Source: Alphaproteobacteria bacterium (GTDB taxonomy: Bacteria > Pseudomonadota > Alphaproteobacteria > VGEJ01). From it: a DNA stretch of 64,000 bases. Below the pieces are notes generated by a model. That model was given only the letters and a program-made list of their open reading frames with translations, ran no database searches and was not told the origin of the DNA. Shown piece by piece: positions 41,414 to 53,173 of the stretch. The DNA is taken from positions 1,241 through 65,240 of the forward strand of contig CBDDBU010000028.1 in NCBI GenBank assembly GCA_965226045.1, in the 5' to 3' direction. Position numbers and translations under genes: made by a program. Each line of letters starts with the position of its first letter. Position 1 is the first letter of the stretch.

Positions 41414-42882
41414 CAGCCCGTTGAAAAAGGCGTCATTGACCGGGTTTCACGCCACGGCGAAGCATATCGCGGCGAAGGCGGTTTCGCCATCCTCCGAGAC
41501 GATGAGGACGATCTGAACGACCAGGACGGCTCCAGCGGGCGTAACAAGCACGAACAAGGCGCCAATTCCGCCCGCCACGGCCTCCTTCGGGGTGCCGGCG
41601 CCGATGAGTTGGCGCATCAGCAACGATAGGTTGTGGCCGGCGACGTGAAGCAGGTATCGCTTGTGCACGTTCTCGCGGCCCCGAAGCCAGGTCCGGCGCA
41701 TACCGCCGCGATCGAGGTTGTGGGCAAAGGAGCGCTCGACGATCTCGGCGCGCAGCTTGAAGGCTTCCCTGGCCACCCCCGATAACAGCCGGGTCCGGTT
41801 GTTGGTGACCGCCCGGCGAGCCGCATCATCTCCGTGCCAGCGCGCAAAACCCTTCTGCTTGGGCTCGGAGATCCGGCTCTTCCAGGGGCCGTCGTCGAGC
41901 GCCTTCAAGACCAACCGTGAGTGGTAGCCCTTATCGGTCACACATTCGGCCGGATCTTCGGCCGTCGGCGCCACATCCACCGCCTCGAGGTTTGCCTCGG
42001 CCGCCGCCAGGGTCTTGGGAAGCGTTGTCGTATCGCCCTCGTCGGCCGGGTGCAGCTCCGCCGCCACCACCGCGCCGGTGTCCAGATCCACCGCGTGCTC
42101 GGGCTTGTAGGCCAGGTGCGTGGTGCCGTCCTTCATCTTGGCGATCTTGGCCTCGGGGTCGCTCCTGGAAACCCAGTCCTGGTTCGAGAGCTTCTTGCCC
42201 TTGCGCTTGCGGTCCAGACGCGCCAGGTCCTCAGCCGTGGGTGTCTCGATACCGCTCTCCTGGGCCAAGCGCTCCAGCATCCCCCGGTAACCCTCGCCCG
42301 TGTCCCTCCGCACGATGTTGCGCAGCGCCGCGTTGGCCTCCATGGTCGAGGCATCCACCCCGATGCGCTCGCCCTTCACCAGACCCGCCTCGGCGATCAG
42401 CGCCAGGACCCAGTCAAACACCGCCGTGTGGACTTCATGGGGCAGGCGCGCGCGGGTCCGTGACAGCCAGGAATGGTCCGGCACCCGTTCCCGCATCTCC
42501 AACAGCAGGAACTCCCGTAGCGACAGGGAATCCGAGCAGCGCCACTCCAGCCCACGCTCAGAGTCGATACCCTCGAAGTAGCCCACCAGGTGCATACGGA
42601 AGTAGCGCCCGGGTGGCACCGAAGGCGCCCCCATCCTGGCCGCGTAATAGGGCTGGCAGACCGCCTCGGCGAAGCCGTCGAAGCCGCCCTCGATCAGTAC
42701 CAACTGCAGGCGGTCGTAAAATACATGACCTGGCGAGCGCGGCATCTCCGACCAGCTCACCATCAAGTCCCCCTGACGATCCTTCTGCTGTCCCATCGCC
42801 ATCAGCGAACCCCCCTTCAGGCCAGGACACCAGAGAATCAGACCATGCCGACTTCGTCCAGGGAAGACTTCGTCAACGGGCT
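41414..42882 (-). mobile_element. IS5/IS1182-like insertion sequence 'IS-D' (~1469 bp) with a 4-bp TSD TTAG, inserted between motA and motB
   Basis: IRs are CAGCCCGTTGAAAAAGGCGTC and, by reverse complement, CAGCCCGTTGACGAAGTCTTC. TTAG sits at 41410-41413 and 42883-42886. The motA stop TAA is formed within the right TSD. Confidence 0.8.
41447..42802 (-). CDS. IS5/IS1182-family DDE transposase
   Basis: 451 aa with an InsH-like N-terminal domain and a DDE domain. Confidence 0.75.
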   Translation of the reverse strand: MAMGQQKDRQGDLMVSWSEMPRSPGHVFYDRLQLVLIEGGFDGFAEAVCQPYYAARMGAPSVPPGRYFRMHLVGYFEGIDSERGLEWRCSDSLSLREFLLLEMRERVPDHSWLSRTRARLPHEVHTAVFDWVLALIAEAGLVKGERIGVDASTMEANAALRNIVRRDTGEGYRGMLERLAQESGIETPTAEDLARLDRKRKGKKLSNQDWVSRSDPEAKIAKMKDGTTHLAYKPEHAVDLDTGAVVAAELHPADEGDTTTLPKTLAAAEANLEAVDVAPTAEDPAECVTDKGYHSRLVLKALDDGPWKSRISEPKQKGFARWHGDDAARRAVTNNRTRLLSGVAREAFKLRAEIVERSFAHNLDRGGMRRTWLRGRENVHKRYLLHVAGHNLSLLMRQLIGAGTPKEAVAGGIGALFVLVTPAGAVLVVQIVLIVSEDGETAFAAICFAVA

Positions 42883-42883
42883 G

Positions 42884-43740
42884 TTAGGCACCGTCCGAGC
42901 TGGCTATCGCCTCCTCGAGTTCGGCGAAACTCGGACGTTGATGGGAGAACAGTGTTTTCCGCGCGAACTCGATCGAGACGGCCGGGGCATAGCCCTGAAG
43001 ATGGGCGAGCAGGCCGGCTTCGATGCATTGATAGTACTTGGAGTCCGCGTCGGCCCACATCTCGAGGTTGCGGCTGCTGGGGCTCACGAATCCGTACGCC
43101 AACAAGATGCCGAGGAAGGTACCGACCAACGCGCCACCAATCAGCTTGCCGAGGATCTCGGGTGGGTCGGTGATGTGCCGCATCGTTACGACCACCCCAA
43201 GGACCGCCGCCACGATGCCGAATGCCGGCAGGCCATCACCAACATTCGTGACGGCTCCCGCCACCGCCGTCGCCTCGCCGTGGTGGGTCTCGATGTCCTC
43301 GTCGATCAACGCCTCTAATTCGTGGGGATTCTCGGTCCCCATGGTAATCAGTCGCAGGTAGTCGCACAGAAAATGAACGGCGTGCTTGTTCTTCATGAAC
43401 TTGGGGTATTCTTGGAATAGGGGACTCTCTTCTGGCGTCTCGATGTGCGTTTCCAGCGCCAACATCCCCTTCGACTTGGCGAGCCGAAAGATCGCGAACA
43501 AGAGCGTCAGAAGTTCGACATAGGCCGCCTTGTTGTGGGGGGGGCTTTGAGAACTCGCCCGGGACTCTTGAACACCGCGACAATTAGAGTCTTCGGATTG
43601 GAGAGAAGAAAAGCGCCGAATGCGCCGCCGCAAATTATCAGCACCTCGAAGGGCTGCATCAGCACGGTGAGGTCGCCGTGGGGCATATAGCCGCCCAACA
43701 CGGACCCGATCATCACCACTACGCCAATTATCGCCCACAT
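42884..43740 (-). pseudogene. motA: Flagellar motor stator protein MotA, frameshifted at a G8 homopolymer
   Basis: The N-terminal 95 aa (MWAIIGVVVMIGSVLGGYM...) lie in one frame and the rest (...KAAYVELLTLLFAIFRLAKSKG...) in another. The junction is at G8 (43527-43534). A ninth G would restore ...VLKAPPHNKAAYVELL... Confidence 0.7.
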
Positions 43741-43858
43741 GCTTCGCCAACCCGTCTCACAGTGAAGAAACAGCCGCCGATGCTTCTGCATGGGCGGTAA
43801 ATTCGTAACCGGCCGTTAGGCCATGATCACCCCGTCACGCCACGGCCCGCGCGCAAGA

Positions 43859-46252
43859 TCAGTCGGCGTCGCCCACGGGCGTCAGGGTCAACGTACCGAT
43901 GGCTCGGCGCGCGATCGAGGCTTCTGACGTTACCATGGGCACATATCCGACCTCGCGCCAGCGTTCGGCGAAGCTGTCGTACAGACTCGAAAGCACATTC
44001 CCCGATTGTCCCGTCGAATGAATGAACAACGACCGCTCGAGATCGTCCAGGTCATATATGGCTCGCAGGCTCGGCCCCTGGACAGCGGCGAATGGCGCGT
44101 CCTCGTCGCCGATACTATGGCCACCACGGTTAACCGTGTACTGACCACCCGGCGCCGGTCCCGTGATATCAAAGATATCTTGCAGGACCGGGACGCGACC
44201 GAAGGGATTGTGAGCGCTTCGCGCGGCATGCGCCTCGCCCCAACGCCATCGCGTCATCGATGAGCCATACCGGGCCGTCAAGTCGGCGATCGCGAGTTCC
44301 AGCGCGCGCGCCTTGATCTGATCGCAGCTCTCGACGATCTCGGTCCGCACGTCGTCACACCAATGACCATGCAGCGTCAATACGTTATGCAGGAACGGCC
44401 CTTTGAGACCCCAATAGTCAGAGAACAGGCCTCGCAAGTCGTCGGCATAGACAAGTCGAGTCAGTTCCCTCATCCACGCCACGAATATCAGCGGTTCCGC
44501 CAAACCCACCGCCATGTCGCCGTCCCATCCGATCAGGAGTTCCAGCGCCTGCGCCGTCTCCTCGCCGGTGGGCGCGGTGTCGGCGAGGAGCGGCAGCAGG
44601 TCCCTCGCCATCAGCGAAAAGCTGTCGGCCTGGAGGCGTCGAAAACTGTCGACGGAGTGTTTGTCGCGCCCGTCCAGCAACTCAGCGATGCGCCGCGCCC
44701 GATAGGGGGGCTCCCAGTCGTAGGTGAAAAAGTGTGGGTAGTCGGGCGCGACGATCTTCTCGTTGGCGGTGTAGATCTTGCCGGCCTCGGGGTTGTAGCG
44801 CCGTGGCAACTCGTCGAACGGGATGAAGCCGCCCCAATCGTAGATGGCCTCCCAGCCAGGTACCGGCATCAGCCCCGAGACGGCATTGTCAGGATGCCGG
44901 ATCGGCACGCGGCCCGGAGCGATCATACCGATGTTGCCGGCGACATCGGCGTAAACAATGTTCTGCTGCGGCGCGTGGTAGTCGCGAAGCCCCTCCAGGA
45001 ACTCCGTCCAGTTACCAGCGGACGCGATGCTGACGCCGGCCTGGAAGGTAAGGTCATCGTCACGTAGCGCCGTCCACGAGAGCGCTAGCACGTGGCCCTT
45101 CGGCGCCGCTTCCTTCGCCTTAGCGAACACGTCCGACATCACCGGGCCATGCCGTGTGCCGCGAACCGTGATGCTGACGTCCTCGCCACCGCTGACGCCA
45201 ATCACCTCCTCGCGCACGGTGAAGCGCTCGCGGCCGAGCGGGGTTTCGTACTCATCGGGTGATCCGGGCACTAGCCGTTCGATGAACAAATCCTGGACGT
45301 CGGGATTGGTGTTCGTGAAACCCCATGCGATGCGGCCGTTGTGACCGAGAACCACGGTCGGAACCCCCGGCAGGGTCGCCCCGATGATATTCAGTCCAGG
45401 CGCTTTCAGATGCGCGAAATACCAAATCGACGGCGCCGTCAAACCGAGGTGTGGATCGTTGGCGAGCAGGGGTTTGCCCGTGGCCGTATGCCTGCCCGCC
45501 ACCACCCAATTGTTCGAGCCATTGCCTTGGGCGCTGAAGTTGCTCGCTAGCGCACCCAGGGGCGCCAGCGGCAGGTCCCCGTACAGGGCGGCGAAGTTCG
45601 GTATCACCACCGGCCCATCGCCCGGAAAGGCTGGCAAGAACTCAACAATCCGCTCTGGCGGCAGGATCTGAGCCATGCGCGCGCGCTGGAGCTCGCGCGA
45701 CATGTTTCCGCCGAGGTTAAAGGCCATCATCTTGAGCCAGACCAACGAATCGGCCGGCCGCCACGGCTCGGGCGTGTGGCTCAAGACAATGAACTCAGGC
45801 GGCCACGGACCCTCGTGCGCGGCCAAGAATGCGTTTACGCCGGCGCTGTACGCATCCAATGTCGCGCGCGCCTCGACGCCAAGGTTGGGGTAGGTTCGTT
45901 CGGCGTGGCCGTAGACGCCCAGAGTGCGCAGGAACTTGTCAAAATCGATCGCGTCGGCGCCGAGGACCTCCGAGAGACGCCCGGCACCGATGCGACGGCT
46001 CGCCTCCATCTGCCACAGCCGATCCTGCGCGTGGGCATAGCCAAGCCCGAAGTACGCGTCGGCCGCCGAGTCGGCCATGATGTGGGGGATGCCCTCGCGG
46101 TCCCGTGTGATCTTCACGGGACGTTCCAAGCCCGCGACGGCTACCGTCCCATCCAGCTCGGGCAGCGATTGCCGGACGTAGACGTACCCGCCGGCGGCCA
46201 CGATGACAGCGACGACAACGACGATTAGCACGATTCGGGCTATCATTCGCAT
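43859..46252 (-). CDS. Penicillin acylase family protein (Ntn-hydrolase, S45; possible acyl-homoserine-lactone/penicillin acylase)
   Basis: ~798 aa. N-terminal membrane anchor and a SNNWVVAG nucleophile Ser motif. Confidence 0.8.
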   Translation of the reverse strand: MRMIARIVLIVVVVAVIVAAGGYVYVRQSLPELDGTVAVAGLERPVKITRDREGIPHIMADSAADAYFGLGYAHAQDRLWQMEASRRIGAGRLSEVLGADAIDFDKFLRTLGVYGHAERTYPNLGVEARATLDAYSAGVNAFLAAHEGPWPPEFIVLSHTPEPWRPADSLVWLKMMAFNLGGNMSRELQRARMAQILPPERIVEFLPAFPGDGPVVIPNFAALYGDLPLAPLGALASNFSAQGNGSNNWVVAGRHTATGKPLLANDPHLGLTAPSIWYFAHLKAPGLNIIGATLPGVPTVVLGHNGRIAWGFTNTNPDVQDLFIERLVPGSPDEYETPLGRERFTVREEVIGVSGGEDVSITVRGTRHGPVMSDVFAKAKEAAPKGHVLALSWTALRDDDLTFQAGVSIASAGNWTEFLEGLRDYHAPQQNIVYADVAGNIGMIAPGRVPIRHPDNAVSGLMPVPGWEAIYDWGGFIPFDELPRRYNPEAGKIYTANEKIVAPDYPHFFTYDWEPPYRARRIAELLDGRDKHSVDSFRRLQADSFSLMARDLLPLLADTAPTGEETAQALELLIGWDGDMAVGLAEPLIFVAWMRELTRLVYADDLRGLFSDYWGLKGPFLHNVLTLHGHWCDDVRTEIVESCDQIKARALELAIADLTARYGSSMTRWRWGEAHAARSAHNPFGRVPVLQDIFDITGPAPGGQYTVNRGGHSIGDEDAPFAAVQGPSLRAIYDLDDLERSLFIHSTGQSGNVLSSLYDSFAERWREVGYVPMVTSEASIARRAIGTLTLTPVGDAD

Positions 46253-46291
46253 GGGGATGTAAGCCCTCCAGAACCCTCGCACGTTAGCAAA

Positions 46292-47485
46292 TCAACTGGC
46301 GCCTTGAAACGTCGGCCCCAAGTGACGGAGCTCCTCGACAATCGATTCGCGGTCGGCGTCGAGGTCCGGCGCCGCGCCCCGTGACGTGGGATCGATGAGG
46401 CCGGGCACCTTGAGCGGATTTCCGGCGACCTTCAGTGCCGCCGCACGAGGATCATCGATATCGACTAGCATGTTCCGGGCGGCCACATGGGGATCGTCCA
46501 CAAGATCGGCCATGTTGTTGATCGGCCCGCAGGGGATGCCCGCGGCCAACAGCAGCGCGAGCCATTCGTCGGATGTCCTCTTTCGCGTCTCGGCCTCGAT
46601 CGCTTCAGTGAGTGCCTCGACGTGGTGGGTCCGTGAATCGTTGTCCGCGAAACGTGGGTCCTTGGCGAGATCGGTGCGCTCAAGACAGGTCGCGAATTTG
46701 CCGAACATGAGGTCGTTTCCACAGGCGACGACGACGTGACCGTCACGGGTGGGAAAAGAAGCGAACGGGGTGATCGACGGATGTCGCGCGCCGATCGGGC
46801 CAGGCGCCTCGCCAGTGGCGCAAAAGCGGGCGATGGCATTTTCGAGTATCGCGACCTGGCAATCCAACATCCCGAGGTCGATCATGCGCCCGGCGCCTGT
46901 CCTGTGGCGATCGTGAAGGGCTGCGGTGATGCCGACCACGCCATAAAGCCCCGCTGTAATGTCGCCGATCGACGATCCGACCCGGGTCGGAGCGCCGCCC
47001 GGATGTCCGGTCAGGCTCATGATGCCGCCCATGGCCTGAACCACCATGTCGTAGGCGGGCCGCTGGGCGTACGGGCCGGTGCGTCCAAAGCCCGAGAGGG
47101 CGAGATAGATCAGGCGCGGGAAGCTATCGCGAAGGCGATCCCAACCATATCCGAGGCGCTCGAGGACGCCGGGCCGGAAGTTCTCCACCAGCACGTCGGC
47201 GTGCTCAAGCAATCGCTCGAAGACTTGCTGATCGGCCTCGTTCTTGAGATCGAGAGCGATGCTCTCCTTGCCGCGGTTCAGCGACATGAAATAGGCGGAG
47301 CGCTCCTCTATGAACGGCCCGAACGAGCGCGAGTCGTCACCGCCGGCCGGCGATTCGACCTTGATGACGCGGGCGCCCAGGTCCGCGAGCACCATGGTGC
47401 AATACGGACCGGCGAGCACGCGGGTAAGATCGATGACCGTGGTGCCGGTGAGGGGGCCGGCGACGGGGGATGGCCGCAATGTCAT
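46292..47485 (-). CDS. CoA-transferase family III (CaiB/BaiF) protein
   Basis: 397 aa. N-terminal GPLTGTTVIDLTRVLAGPYCTMVLADLGA Rossmann-like motif and the catalytic Asp region. Confidence 0.8.
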   Translation of the reverse strand: MTLRPSPVAGPLTGTTVIDLTRVLAGPYCTMVLADLGARVIKVESPAGGDDSRSFGPFIEERSAYFMSLNRGKESIALDLKNEADQQVFERLLEHADVLVENFRPGVLERLGYGWDRLRDSFPRLIYLALSGFGRTGPYAQRPAYDMVVQAMGGIMSLTGHPGGAPTRVGSSIGDITAGLYGVVGITAALHDRHRTGAGRMIDLGMLDCQVAILENAIARFCATGEAPGPIGARHPSITPFASFPTRDGHVVVACGNDLMFGKFATCLERTDLAKDPRFADNDSRTHHVEALTEAIEAETRKRTSDEWLALLLAAGIPCGPINNMADLVDDPHVAARNMLVDIDDPRAAALKVAGNPLKVPGLIDPTSRGAAPDLDADRESIVEELRHLGPTFQGAS

Positions 47486-47574
47486 GGCGAGGTCGGGGTC
47501 ATGGCGAGGTCGGCTGTGGCAAGGTCATGGGACGATCGGCTTGGCCCGGGCTCGGGTTACATAGCGGAGGCGCC

Positions 47575-48385
47575 ATGACGCTGCAACGGACGCACACGCT
47601 CCGGCGGCCGGGCACGGAACTGCCCCGCTACAGTTCCGTGCGCCAAATGCTTGGCGAGCTGCGCCCAAGCTACCCGGTGTATTGTCTATGGCCGTCTCCC
47701 CTTGGTCAGCGCCGCACGATGGTTCATCACGCATTTTCCCGGCGAGGTTCGGTACGCCGTCAAATGCAGCCCGCATCCGTTCGTCCTCGATACGCTTCAT
47801 GCGGTCGGCATTCGCCAATTTGACACGGCATCGCTGCCCGAGATCGCTCTTATCAGCGAGCGGTACTCCGATGTCGTCAGCTATTTCCATCATCCGGTCA
47901 AGCCGCGCGCGGCGATCCACAGCGCCCGCCACGTATACGGTATTCGCCACTTCACCGTCGATTCCGAGGCCTAACTCGACACGATCACGGCCGAGACCGG
48001 CGGCGGCGATCTCGCGGTGCAGGTGAGAATAGCGACCCTGGTCACTCGCGCGGCCATCGATCTCTCCCGCAAGTTCGGAGCGCCGCCGGAAAGGGCGCCA
48101 GAGCTTCTGCGTGCGGTCGCGGCGGCCGGATACGAGCCCGGCATTTCCTTTCACGTGGGTTCCCAGTGCCTCGAACGGGATGCGTTCCGCACGGCGCTCG
48201 CGTTGACGGCGGACGTCTTGGGCGCGGCCGGCGTCGAGATAGGAGCGCTGAATGTTGGCGGCGGGTTTTCGGCGGCTTACCCGGATCTGGAAGCCGCTGA
48301 CCTCGACGCCTATACCCGCGCTATCGCGGCCGGGCTGGACGACCTTTGGCGGCCGGCGGGCTGCGCTGTTCTCTGTGAGCCGGCG
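47575..48385 (+). pseudogene. Ornithine/lysine decarboxylase (fold-III PLP decarboxylase), N-terminal part, with a +1 frameshift, an in-frame TAA and IS21 truncation
   Basis: ...RPSYPVYC, then a shift at ~47690, then LPLVSAARWFITHFPGEVRYAVKCSPHPFVL...FTVDSEA-TAA(47972-74)-LDTITAETGGGDLAVQVRIATL...GISFHVGSQ...NVGGGF...VLCEP, then the IS21 left end at 48386. Confidence 0.75.
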
Positions 48386-48588
48386 TGTCAATCGGCGTTG
48401 AACATTGACCCCCTATCGGCGTGCAATGTTGACCCCTTTGGGGATGCACGGCGGAGGTCGTACAGGTAGTCCATAGGAGGGGCCCGCGCGCGGGCCGACG
48501 CGCCCACCACGCGGCTGGCGGCGGACCGCGTGTGGGAGGTTCCTGTGGGCCCACCTGGGCGACCGGGCCGCAGGTGGATCGGTTGCCT

Positions 48589-49317
48589 TTAGGACCGATT
48601 CTTGAAGCGCCAGGAGTCGTTTCCGGTCTCGATGATCTCGCAGTGGTGCGTCAGACGATCGAGGAGCGCGGTGGTCATCTTGGCGTCGCCGAAGACGGAC
48701 GGCCATTCGCCGAAGGTCAGGTTGGTGGTGACGATGATCGAGGTGCGCTCGTAGAGCCGGCTGACGAGGTGGAACAGCAGCTGGCCTCCGGTTTGGGCGA
48801 AGGGCAGGTAGCCGAGCTCGTCGAGGATGACGAGGTCGCGCCGGGCCAGCTGATCGGCGAGCCGGCCCTGGCGGCCGGCGCGGGCTTCGGCCTCGAGCCG
48901 GTTGACCAGGTCGGCGACGTTGAAGAAGCGGCCCCGGGCGCCATCGCGGATGCAGGCCCGCGCGATGGCGACGGCGAGATGGCTCTTGCCGGTGCCGGTG
49001 CCGCCGATCAGCACGGCGTTGCGCTGGTTGGCCAGGAAGCCGCCGACCGCCAACTCGCGGACCAGCGGCTCGTTGACCGGGGTGTCGGTGAAGTCGAAGT
49101 CGGCCAGCTCCTTGGCCAGCGGCAGCTTGGCGCCACTCATCTGGTACTTGATGGATCGCGCCTGCTTGTCGGCGATCTCGGCCTTCAACAGCTCGCCGAT
49201 GATTCGCTGCATCGGATGCTGGCGCTTGAGGCCGTCGGCGAGCACCTCGTCGAACGCGTCGCGCATGCCGGCGAGCTTGAGTGCGGCCATCATCTCCAGG
49301 ACCTCATGGCGCTCCAT
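48589..49317 (-). CDS. istB: IS21 helper ATPase IstB
   Basis: 242 aa. Walker [10 protein letters not shown], Walker B DELGY. Confidence 0.85.
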   Translation of the reverse strand: MERHEVLEMMAALKLAGMRDAFDEVLADGLKRQHPMQRIIGELLKAEIADKQARSIKYQMSGAKLPLAKELADFDFTDTPVNEPLVRELAVGGFLANQRNAVLIGGTGTGKSHLAVAIARACIRDGARGRFFNVADLVNRLEAEARAGRQGRLADQLARRDLVILDELGYLPFAQTGGQLLFHLVSRLYERTSIIVTTNLTFGEWPSVFGDAKMTTALLDRLTHHCEIIETGNDSWRFKNRS

Positions 49318-50815
49318 GGCCGACCCCCCTCAAGCGGTCGTAGCGGGTGCAATCGGCCACCGGCTCAAAGCGAAGACGCAGGTTCGCGGGCGTCGGGATC
49401 GGCGCCGTCTCGGACGGCTGGCGCCGACGATTGAGGATGTTGAGCACGACGTCGGCGCTGCACACGCCGCCAGCGAGCGCCTCGGCACAGGCGGCCTCCA
49501 CCGCCGCCAGCCCATCCGCCAGCACGGCGGTGAGGATCTCGACCATCTGCCTGTCGCCGTCGTCGTGGCCGGCGAGCCGGACGCGCACGCGACCCAGGGC
49601 GCCGGGCAGCGCCCAGTCCTTGAACGGCGCGCCGTTACGAAGCGCACCGGGCTTCCTCGCCAGCACGGGCACCTAGTGCCACGGGTCATAGACGGTCTGG
49701 TCGCGGCCGAAGCGCCGGGCATGCTCGGCGACGATCTCGCCGTCCTGGCGGATGACGATGCGATCGGCGTAGGCATGGACCTCGACCGGACGGCCGACGG
49801 CGCGCGCCGCCACGCTGTACTTGTTGCTGTCGAAGCGCACCAGGCAGGTCTTCGACACCGACGCCGGGACCGCGTGGAAGCCGTCGAACGGCCCGCGATA
49901 GCCGACCAGGGACGGACGCTCGTCCTCGAACACCTGCCAGACAGTCCTGTCCTTGAACACCGGGTGGGGATGACCCCGGGCGTAGGCGACGCACTGGTCC
50001 AAGAGCCAGGCGTTGAGCTCGTCGTAGGTCTTGAAGCGCAGCCGCGGGGTGAAGAACCGACCGCGGATGATCCCGACCTGGTTCTCGACCTGCCCCTTCT
50101 CCCATCCCGCTCCCGGCGTGCATGCTGTCGGTTCGACCAGGTAGTGGCCACACATCTGCACGAAGCGCCGGTTGAACGCGCGCTCCTTGCCGATGAGGAC
50201 GGTCTGCACCGCCGTCTTCATGTTGTCGTAGATGCCTCGCCGGCAGGCACCCTGGAACAGCCGGAATGCCCGGTCGTGGGCGTCGAACACCATCTCCTGG
50301 CTCTCGCGCGGATAAGCGCGGACGAAGAACATTCGGCTGTGGCACAGCCGGACGTGCGCGACCTTGACCTTGGTCGTCACCCCCGCCAGCACCACGTACT
50401 CGTGGCTCCAGTCGAACTGATAGGCCTCGCCCGGCGAGAACACCAACGGCACATAGGTCTGCGCCGTCGATGCCGAACGGCGCCACCGCCACGCCTTGGC
50501 GTAGCGCCGCACCGCGTCGTAGCCGCCGCCATAGCCCAGACCCTCGAGGGCTTCGGAGATCCGTAGCAGCGTCAGCCGCTCCCGCTTCGACTTGGTCTCG
50601 TTGGCCTCCAGCATCCGCTCCAGCTCGGCCGTCCACGGCCCCAGCTTCGGCATCGGCTGGACCCGCCGGTCGTAGGTGAACGCCGTCGCCTGCGAACGGA
50701 TCACCTTGCGCACCGTGTTGCGCGAGACCTTCACGTCCCGCACGATCTCCTTGATCGGCTTCCCCTTGACGAAATACTCCCGCCGGATCCGCGCTATCGT
50801 CTCCACGACCAACAT
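49304..50815 (-). pseudogene. istA: IS21 transposase IstA with an in-frame amber codon (TAG at 49673-49675)
   Basis: ...QTVYDPWH-TAG-VPVLARKPGALRNGAPF... The stop and the downstream ORF are in the same frame. Family members have Tyr at this position. Confidence 0.75.
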
Positions 50816-50930
50816 CCCCCACCACCTCGTCCGCCCAAAAACGAGGTGACTTGGACTAGCCAGGCTCAGGGGGGCAAATTTGGACGCCGATCACCCCTCA
50901 ACAGGGGTCAACTTTGCACGCCGTTCCACA

Positions 50931-51228
50931 ACCAGGGCGTGCAATGGTGGCTGAGGCGGGCTCGCTGGTGGCCCAGGTCCCTTGGCGCAAGGACCGCGCC
51001 CTCTATCTCAACGACGGCATATTCGGCTGCCTCTCAGATCTCCGCGCGGACATCAAGGTAGGAGTGATGTGCCATCGCCTGGACGGCGATATGAGCGACA
51101 CGTCGGCGTCCTTTACGCTGTTTGGCCCGACTTGCGATTCGGCCGACGTGCTGGCGCACACCTGGGAGCTGCCCGTCGATACCTCGGAAGGCGATTGGGT
51201 CGAGTTCAAGCAAATGGGCGGGTACTAG
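50931..51228 (+). pseudogene. Ornithine/lysine decarboxylase, C-terminal part (continues the 47575 fragment after the IS21)
   Basis: GRAMVAEAGSLV...NDGIFG...TLFGPTCDSADVL...GDWVEFKQMGGY is the canonical ODC C-terminus (EPGR motif restored across the IS). Confidence 0.75.
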
Positions 51229-51277
51229 AACTCGCTGGCCACTCATTTCAATGGGTTCTCGCAGGACACCTTCGTGA

Positions 51278-53151
<1,874 letters not shown>

Positions 53152-53173
53152 GTCGTCTCTCCGAACGGGGTGC

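Larger units (their letters stand above)
48386..50930 (-). mobile_element. IS21-family insertion sequence (~2.5 kb), inserted inside the decarboxylase gene
   Basis: Terminal TGTCAATCGGCGTTGAACATTGACCCCC (left) and, by reverse complement, TGTGGAACGGCGTGCAAAGTTGACCCCTG (right), with internal repeated TTGACCCC sub-terminal motifs. Carries istA and istB. The TSD is ambiguous. Confidence 0.8.

Noticed and set aside
47525-48391. 288-aa minus-strand ORF
   Set aside because: It is antisense to the clearly recognisable ODC pseudogene fragments on the plus strand. It is a high-GC antisense artefact with no family resemblance.
3942-49675. Stop-codon reassignment or programmed read-through (several in-frame TAG)
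   Set aside because: TAG and TAA terminate all the well-conserved genes here at the expected positions (ridA TAG, acpS TAA and others). The in-frame stops occur only in genes with additional lesions.
3486-51228. Attributing all frameshifts and stops to sequencing or assembly error
   Set aside because: Three lesions are substitution-type in-frame stops (TAG, TAA, TAG). Several indels are in non-homopolymer context. Multiple hits occur in the same genes, while long housekeeping genes are clean. The two homopolymer-associated sites (G8 in motA, G10 in the 2OG-oxygenase gene) remain genuinely ambiguous and are flagged as such.
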